A model generated the notes under the pieces. It ran no database searches. It saw only the letters and a list, made by a program, of their open reading frames with translations, and was not told the origin of the DNA. Below, piece after piece: positions 26,753 through 32,000 of a stretch of 32,000 bases of DNA. Source of the DNA: Candidatus Kuenenia stuttgartensis (lineage in GTDB: Bacteria; Planctomycetota; Brocadiia; Brocadiales; Brocadiaceae); assembly GCF_900232105.1 (NCBI RefSeq), contig NZ_LT934425.1, forward strand, positions 2,550,001 to 2,582,000, read 5' to 3'. The translations under genes and the position numbers were made by a program. Every line of letters begins with the position of its first letter. Positions within the stretch are counted from its first letter, which is position 1.

Positions 26753-27385
26753 TTGGCACAAAGTAATTGGCAGGAATTCTCAAAAGGTCTTTTTAAGTAT
26801 AACGCATTGTTTGTGTTGGTGTTAGGTATTTGTCCCAGCCTGGCAGTAACAACTTCATTAAAGAATGGTGTATCAATGGGGGGCGCTGCGACCTTTGTTC
26901 TTGTGTCTTCCAATTTTATCATCTCTCTCATCCGCCCGTATGTCCCCCGCGAGATTAGAATCCCTTGCTTTATTGTTGTTATTGCTTCGTTTGTAACGAT
27001 TGTTGAATTAATGATGAAGGCGTATTTGCCAACAGAGATAAACGCCTCGTTGGGAATATTTATTCCTCTTATCGTAGTCAATTGCATTATTTTGTATCGT
27101 GCGGAGGCCTTTGCTTATAAAAATAAACCCTTTGTTTCCATATTAGATGGTTTGGGTATCGGTTTGGGATGGACTTTATCCCTCTGCCTTGTTTCCGGTG
27201 TGCGTGAAATGCTTGGAGCGGGCACTCTTTTTGGATTAAAACTGTCCGAGCGCTATGAGCCTGCTTCTATAATGATTATGGCGCCGGGCGCGTTTATTAT
27301 TACAGGTCTTCTCATGGGTTTATTCAACTGGAGAAAGCAACTAAAGATTGAAAAGTCGATGAAGGCTTATCAGAAAAATGATTAA
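26753..27385 (+). CDS. rnfE: Rnf/Nqr-type ion-translocating oxidoreductase membrane subunit E (RnfE/NqrD family)
   Basis: 210 aa polytopic membrane protein. LVLGICPSLAVTTS and GIFIPLIVVNCIIL are typical of RnfE/NqrD. TTG start with AAGAGGA about 9 nt upstream. Confidence 0.82.
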   Translation: MAQSNWQEFSKGLFKYNALFVLVLGICPSLAVTTSLKNGVSMGGAATFVLVSSNFIISLIRPYVPREIRIPCFIVVIASFVTIVELMMKAYLPTEINASLGIFIPLIVVNCIILYRAEAFAYKNKPFVSILDGLGIGLGWTLSLCLVSGVREMLGAGTLFGLKLSERYEPASIMIMAPGAFIITGLLMGLFNWRKQLKIEKSMKAYQKND

Positions 27386-28016
27386 AGAGTTAGCGATAAT
27401 AATTGTTAGTGTTGTTTTTGTAAATAATTTTGTCCTGGCAAAATTCCTGGGGCTCTGCCCATTCCTTGGTGTTTCTCAAAAGACCTCCTCGGCGCTTGGC
27501 ATGGGCGCCGCCGTAACGTTTGTAATGACGCTTGCTTCCGCCATTACGTGGATTTTATACAATTATATTCTGTTGCCGGGTGATGCGAACCTCGTGGGTA
27601 TGGTTTTCCCTTCTATTGGGGAAACAGGGCTTATTGAGGTGTTAAAGACGATCAGCTACATACTTGTGATTGCAACGCTCGTACAGTTAGTTGAAATGAT
27701 GCTTCGCAAGATGGTTCCTGCGTTGTACGACAGTCTGGGCGTCTTTTTGCCGCTTATTACCACAAACTGCGCCGTGTTGGGTGTGGCGCTTTTAAACACT
27801 ACGGATTCTCCGCAGCATTTAGGGTTTATAGAAGCAATCGTTCAGGGCTTTGGTGCGGGTATCGGTTTTACGGTAGCCATATTACTAATGTCTGGTATCA
27901 GGGAGCGCCTGGCGTTGCTTAGCATACCAAAACCTTTACAGGGGCTTCCCATTGCGTTTATATGCACAGGCCTTATGGCATTGGCTTTTTTCGGATTTTC
28001 AGGGATGGTACCATAG
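27378..28016 (+). CDS. rnfA: Rnf/Nqr-type oxidoreductase membrane subunit A (RnfA/NqrE family)
   Basis: 212 aa. NNFVLAKFLGLCPFLGVS and GVFLPLITTNCAVLG. Overlaps rnfE by 8 nt (ATGATTAA). Confidence 0.86.
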   Translation: MIKELAIIIVSVVFVNNFVLAKFLGLCPFLGVSQKTSSALGMGAAVTFVMTLASAITWILYNYILLPGDANLVGMVFPSIGETGLIEVLKTISYILVIATLVQLVEMMLRKMVPALYDSLGVFLPLITTNCAVLGVALLNTTDSPQHLGFIEAIVQGFGAGIGFTVAILLMSGIRERLALLSIPKPLQGLPIAFICTGLMALAFFGFSGMVP

Positions 28017-28018
28017 AT

Positions 28019-28498
28019 ATGCGTCACGTTATTTCTGTGTTAGTAGAGAACAAAGTTGGGGTTCTTGCCCGGATTACCGGCTTAATCAGCGGCAGGGGAT
28101 TTAACATCGATAGCCTTGCCGTGGGCGAGACCGAAAATCCCGATCTTTCCAGGATTACGATAGTTGTCAGGGGAGATGACGCTATTCTGGAGCAGGTAAG
28201 AAAACAGATCAACAAACTTATTGACGTTATTAAGATCACCGATTTTACCAATGAAGAGTTTGTCGAACGGGATTTAATGTTGCTGAAGATAAATTGTCCT
28301 ATCGGGAAACGCGGCGAGATTATAGAGATTGTGAATATTTTCAGAGGAAAGATTGTAGATGTTGGCCTGAGAGATCTCGTTATCGAGATTGCCGGAATAG
28401 AGGATAAGATTGAAGCAATGCTGGCGTTATTGCGTCCTTATGGAATAAAAGAACTGGTGAGAACGGGGAGCATTGCTATCACAAGGGGAGCACGGTAA
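28019..28498 (+). CDS. ilvN: Acetolactate synthase small (regulatory) subunit
   Basis: ACT domain MRHVISVLVENKVGVLARITGLISGRGFNIDSLAVGETE. ATG 28019 is preferred over the track start 27962, which would overlap rnfA. It lies 2 nt after the rnfA TAG (28014-28016). Confidence 0.9.
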   Translation: MRHVISVLVENKVGVLARITGLISGRGFNIDSLAVGETENPDLSRITIVVRGDDAILEQVRKQINKLIDVIKITDFTNEEFVERDLMLLKINCPIGKRGEIIEIVNIFRGKIVDVGLRDLVIEIAGIEDKIEAMLALLRPYGIKELVRTGSIAITRGAR

Positions 28499-28548
28499 AA
28501 GATCAAGCGTGATTGGTATTGTTTGACTGAAAGACAAAAGGAAGGGTT

Positions 28549-29553
28549 ATGATAAAAATATATTATGAAAAAGATGCTGATATCAGCGTTTTAAAAGGAA
28601 AGAAGATCGCCGTCATAGGCTATGGCAGTCAGGGACACGCTCAGGCGCAAAACCTCAGGGAATCCGGTATGGAGGTAATTGTTTCTACCAGAGAAGGTAC
28701 GGCTAACTATCGGTTGGCCGTTAAGCATGGGTTTAAGCCGGTGAGTGCGGAGGCAGCGGCAAAAGAGGGCGATTTTATCCAGATACTTCTTCCTGATGAA
28801 TCCCAAAGGGCTATTTACGAAACGCAAATCAAGCCTCACGTTACGAAAGGAAAGACATTATGTTTTTCCCACGGGTTTAACATTCATTTTGGACAGGTAG
28901 TTCCTTCCGGCGATGTAGACGTAATTATGGTAGCGCCGAAGGGGCCAGGCCATCTGGTTCGCTCTGAATTTGAAAAAGGCGGCGGAGTTCCCTGTCTTAT
29001 GGCAATCCATCAGGATGTTACGGGAAAAGCAAAGGAAAAGGCATTGGCATATGCGCATGGGGTTGGTGGCACAAGAGGAGGGGTGATAGAAACTACCTTT
29101 GCCGAGGAGACGGAAACCGACCTGTTCGGCGAACAGGCGGTACTATGTGGTGGGGTATCTGCATTAGTAAAGGCAGGGTTTGAGACCCTCGTTGAGGCTG
29201 GTTACAAACCGGAGCTGGCTTATTTTGAATGCATGCACGAACTTAAACTGATAGTGGATCTTTTCTATCAGGGCGGCCTTAGTTATATGCGGTATTCGGT
29301 AAGCAATACTGCAGAATACGGTGATTTGACCCGTGGCCCCCGCATCATTACAGAAGAAACAAAAAAAGAAATGAAACGTATATTAGGCGAAATACAGTCG
29401 GGGCAATTTGCCAAAGAGTGGATATTGGAAAATCAGGCTGGTCGTCCAAGTTTTAACGCCCTGGAAAAGAAGGATAGAGAACACCAGCTTGAAAAAGTTG
29501 GCAGAGAATTGCGAAAAATGATGAAATGGATAAACGTTAAAGAGGTTACATAA
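28549..29553 (+). CDS. ilvC: Ketol-acid reductoisomerase
   Basis: 334 aa. [27 protein letters not shown] and [11 protein letters not shown]. Confidence 0.95.
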   Translation: MIKIYYEKDADISVLKGKKIAVIGYGSQGHAQAQNLRESGMEVIVSTREGTANYRLAVKHGFKPVSAEAAAKEGDFIQILLPDESQRAIYETQIKPHVTKGKTLCFSHGFNIHFGQVVPSGDVDVIMVAPKGPGHLVRSEFEKGGGVPCLMAIHQDVTGKAKEKALAYAHGVGGTRGGVIETTFAEETETDLFGEQAVLCGGVSALVKAGFETLVEAGYKPELAYFECMHELKLIVDLFYQGGLSYMRYSVSNTAEYGDLTRGPRIITEETKKEMKRILGEIQSGQFAKEWILENQAGRPSFNALEKKDREHQLEKVGRELRKMMKWINVKEVT

Positions 29554-29576
29554 TGGTTTTTGAATAGGAGAAATAA

Positions 29577-30578
29577 ATGTTAAAGTGCCGTAGCAAGGTT
29601 TTGGGATTTGTCTTATGTGGAATAGCAAGCATCTGTTTTAGCTATTCCGCCATGGCGTCAAAAGAGAAAGAAGCGACTGCCCCAAAGCAACAAGAAAAAA
29701 CAACGGAAGCAAAACAGATAGGTGATTCAAAGAAGGTGGTTGCGACTATCAATGGTGAAAGCATTACGAAGGCAGAGGTGGAACGAGTGCTGGAGAGATT
29801 TAAGAATCAGCTACCTCCGGACAGAATTGCTTCTGTTGAAAAACAGATAATTGATGGCTTGGTGGCACAGAAGTTGTTTTTGCAATTTATTAAGAAGAAT
29901 AAGATTGCAATAGGCGATGATGCGCTGAAGACGGAATTGGATAAAGTTCGTGAGGATATAAAACTGAATCCGGGGTTGCAAGGAAAGTCACTGGAAGAAG
30001 TGTTGGAATCACATGGTAGCAATATCGAAGACTTAAAGAGGGATATTACAATTTCTTTGTCTTTGGAAAAATACTTTGCTGATACCGTAAGCGATGCAAA
30101 AGTAAAAGACTATTTTGAAAAAAACAGACAGATATATGATGGCACTGAGGTTCAGGCCAGCCATATTTTAGTAGATACGCGTAACCTGCAGGGTGAAGAA
30201 GATCTGGCAAAGGCAAAGCAAAAGATAGAAAAGGTAAAAGCTGAGATCGCTGAAGGGAAAAAAGACTTTGCCAAGCTTGCCGAAGAATATTCTGATTGTC
30301 CGTCCTCGAAAAAAGGCGGAGATCTTGGCTATTTTGTAAGAAAGGGCCAGATGGTGGAACCATTTGCGGAGGCGGCTTTTGCTTTAAAAGTGGGAGAGGT
30401 GAGCGATGTTGTAACGACCCAGTTTGGATATCATATCATAAAGGTTACTGATATCAAAAAGGGCGGGGAAATTGATTTTAATGAATTAAAACCTGAAATT
30501 AAACTGGACATATTAAAACAAAATGCCGATTCCCTGCTGGACAGATTAAAGCAGCAGGCAAAGATTGAAATCAAGTAA
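29577..30578 (+). CDS. Secreted parvulin-type peptidyl-prolyl isomerase (SurA/PrsA-like)
   Basis: Signal peptide MLKCRSKVLGFVLCGIASICFSYSAMA. Rotamase core ASHILV...CPSSKKGGDLGYF...FGYHIIKV. Confidence 0.85.
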   Translation: MLKCRSKVLGFVLCGIASICFSYSAMASKEKEATAPKQQEKTTEAKQIGDSKKVVATINGESITKAEVERVLERFKNQLPPDRIASVEKQIIDGLVAQKLFLQFIKKNKIAIGDDALKTELDKVREDIKLNPGLQGKSLEEVLESHGSNIEDLKRDITISLSLEKYFADTVSDAKVKDYFEKNRQIYDGTEVQASHILVDTRNLQGEEDLAKAKQKIEKVKAEIAEGKKDFAKLAEEYSDCPSSKKGGDLGYFVRKGQMVEPFAEAAFALKVGEVSDVVTTQFGYHIIKVTDIKKGGEIDFNELKPEIKLDILKQNADSLLDRLKQQAKIEIK

Positions 30579-30630
30579 CATACGTAAACAGTAAAATATT
30601 TTCGATGCATTTTGGAGGTCTTTTAAACAA

Positions 30631-30678
30631 AAAGCTTCCCTTCCGGCAATTAAATGAATAGGAAGGGAAGCTTTTTTT
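30631..30678 (+). terminator. Rho-independent terminator after the PPIase gene
   Basis: aaagcttcccttcc (30631-30644), a 16-nt loop, then ggaagggaagcttt (30661-30674) followed by a T run to 30678. Confidence 0.8.
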
Positions 30679-30784
30679 ATCTGTAAACAGTCTTAAAGTG
30701 TCTTTTAAAGCACAAGGGGAAAACAATAAATCAGGCTGCCCTTGGCACCTACTTTATGCTGCTGCTGCTGCTGTTGATGTTAAT

Positions 30785-30811
30785 GTAGAGACGCATGCAA
30801 TGCGTATCTAC
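30785..30811. repeat. GTAG...CTAC hairpin
   Basis: gtagagacgcat-gca-atgcgtatctac, 11 of 12 stem positions complementary. It has the same gtagag head and ctac tail as the hairpin at 23769-23795. Confidence 0.6.
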
Positions 30812-30994
30812 AAAAATATTGAAATTTCTAAACTGGCATAGCCAGAACCAAACAAACAGGAAATAAAAAATACGAAATTCGAAGTACGAAATCCAAAACA
30901 AATTCCAAAATCCTCCCCCATCACCCCTTCCAAGGCTAATCTTTACCCACAAATTTCAAGAGCACCGTAGTTGTACGGCCAATTGAGCTGAAGG

Positions 30995-32000
30995 CTAAGT
31001 GGTGTAAAGTTCGTAAGCAACTTCAATATCAGCCAAACGTGACATGCCTCGCCAAAGTACTTCACTTCCGGGATGGCCATCACCACGGCGACCCAGATGA
31101 CCGCCAAGTTTACCTAAAAGCCGCACGGCATCATTGAGGCTTGGAGGTAAATCAGGAGGCTCCTTGACCTTGTTCGCAAAAGTTGTCAATGCTTTCCATT
31201 CAGAATCGCTGAAGTAGACAGTACAAGGGACATCAGGTGTTTCTTGTCCTAAAGTAGTCAGGTAATGGATACGCCAAGCTATAATCATATCAATGGCCAA
31301 AGCGTTGCACAGACGACGGGCACTCTCCAACTGCCGGGACTCGACACGACAACCGCTCTTGATAATACGATGATAACACTCAATACCCCATCGGCGAGCA
31401 TACCATTCCAAACGTTCGTAAGCATCTTTTTCTTGCTTAACCGCAACTGTGGTTAACAGCATCCATTCTAACCCATCAATTCCTATAGGCGGATTGACTT
31501 CCTGCGCCAGCACCGCCCACACCCTGACCGCAGGCATATTCTTTTTTAGCATAGGTGGGCGCAGCGTAACAGGCATCGTTCGTACCATAAGTATTGCCTG
31601 ACGTGCGGAGCGTTTCTCACTCGGAGGTATCAATATTTCGCGGGTACCTATAACCGGTTGCTGTTCCAGTTTAGTCCACAAAAACTCGCATGATTCTTTA
31701 TCATCAACAACCTTTCTATTGCGCGAACGTTCTGCGCGGATCAGCAACTGAGCGCCATCAGGCGTATTATACTGCTCAGCGAATACCTCGTGAATATCGG
31801 CCTCACGATCTGCCACAACCACCAGTAAAGATTTGTTTCGACAGCGTTTCTGTACTTGCGATACTGCATGGTAACTCTCCACCCATTTCCAGCTTTCCTT
31901 CTCTTCGATAGGCTTCTTGTGTCGTTTATGTTTGCTGCCTATTCCGTCCCGCGCCCAGCATTGCACATTCAGAAGTCCCAAGGGTGTACCACTTTCAGTA
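30995..32000 (-). CDS. IS4-family (IS50/Tn5-like) DDE transposase, N-terminus beyond the window
   Basis: The frame stays open to the window edge (TESGTPLGLLNVQCWARDG upstream of the track's start at 31981). ADREADIHEVF and YARRWGIECYHRIIKSGCRVE (the Y-R-E-K signature of IS4 transposases). The Tn5-like C-terminal tail is VLWRGMSRLADIEVAYELY. Confidence 0.85.
   Translation of the reverse strand, partial: TESGTPLGLLNVQCWARDGIGSKHKRHKKPIEEKESWKWVESYHAVSQVQKRCRNKSLLVVVADREADIHEVFAEQYNTPDGAQLLIRAERSRNRKVVDDKESCEFLWTKLEQQPVIGTREILIPPSEKRSARQAILMVRTMPVTLRPPMLKKNMPAVRVWAVLAQEVNPPIGIDGLEWMLLTTVAVKQEKDAYERLEWYARRWGIECYHRIIKSGCRVESRQLESARRLCNALAIDMIIAWRIHYLTTLGQETPDVPCTVYFSDSEWKALTTFANKVKEPPDLPPSLNDAVRLLGKLGGHLGRRGDGHPGSEVLWRGMSRLADIEVAYELYTT

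Noticed and set aside
27962-28018. Longer ilvN start from the ORF track
   Set aside because: The extension overlaps the end of rnfA and encodes no conserved residues. The ACT domain begins at the Met encoded at 28019.
30743-30760. Sigma-54 promoter-like TGGCAC ... TGC
   Set aside because: The GG-to-GC spacing is 12 nt rather than the required 10. No TTGC element is in register and no gene lies downstream in that orientation.
30757-30771. (TGC)5 microsatellite
   Set aside because: It is real but very short and intergenic. It is noted only as part of the low-complexity stretch next to the IS.

Overview
Chromosomal window from an AT-rich bacterium that looks anaerobic (Rnf subunits, a NuoE/NuoF-type flavoprotein module). 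All product calls rest on motifs read by eye; no searches were run. The housekeeping backbone is as follows. Minus strand: partial sugar-type ABC binding protein, a J-domain protein, a NuoE-like/NuoF-like/GltD-like operon, thiS-thiG-hisF. Plus strand: GlcD-like FAD oxidase, class I aminotransferase, dnaG, rpoD, a COG1579-type zinc-ribbon protein, RNase P RNA, nrnA-like DHH phosphoesterase, family-4 uracil-DNA glycosylase, rnfE-rnfA-ilvN-ilvC, a parvulin-type PPIase. Mobile-element debris is scattered throughout. There are three decayed transposase N-terminal fragments (2.2, 3.0, 6.3 kb). A truncated GIY-YIG ORF is enclosed by 41-bp inverted repeats and bracketed by 106-bp direct repeats. A decayed group II intron lies at about 21.1-23.2 kb, and an IS4/Tn5-like transposase runs off the right edge. 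Several palindromic repeats share GTAG...CTAC ends. The least ordinary stretch is 20.25-26.75 kb, all on the minus strand. It holds a heptad/hendecad-repeat coiled-coil protein, the dead intron, a small secreted-looking ORF with no canonical start, and a radical SAM protein next to a MetE/UROD-fold protein, with repeat-rich spacers on both sides. I found no CRISPR array, tRNA, rRNA, retron, DGR or recognisable defence system. The most novel-looking items are the J-domain protein with four MshEN-like 24-residue motifs, the orphan rnfEA pair coupled to ilvN, the GltD-fusion flavoprotein operon, and the radical SAM/MetE-like pair. Each is a hypothesis that needs a database or structural check.
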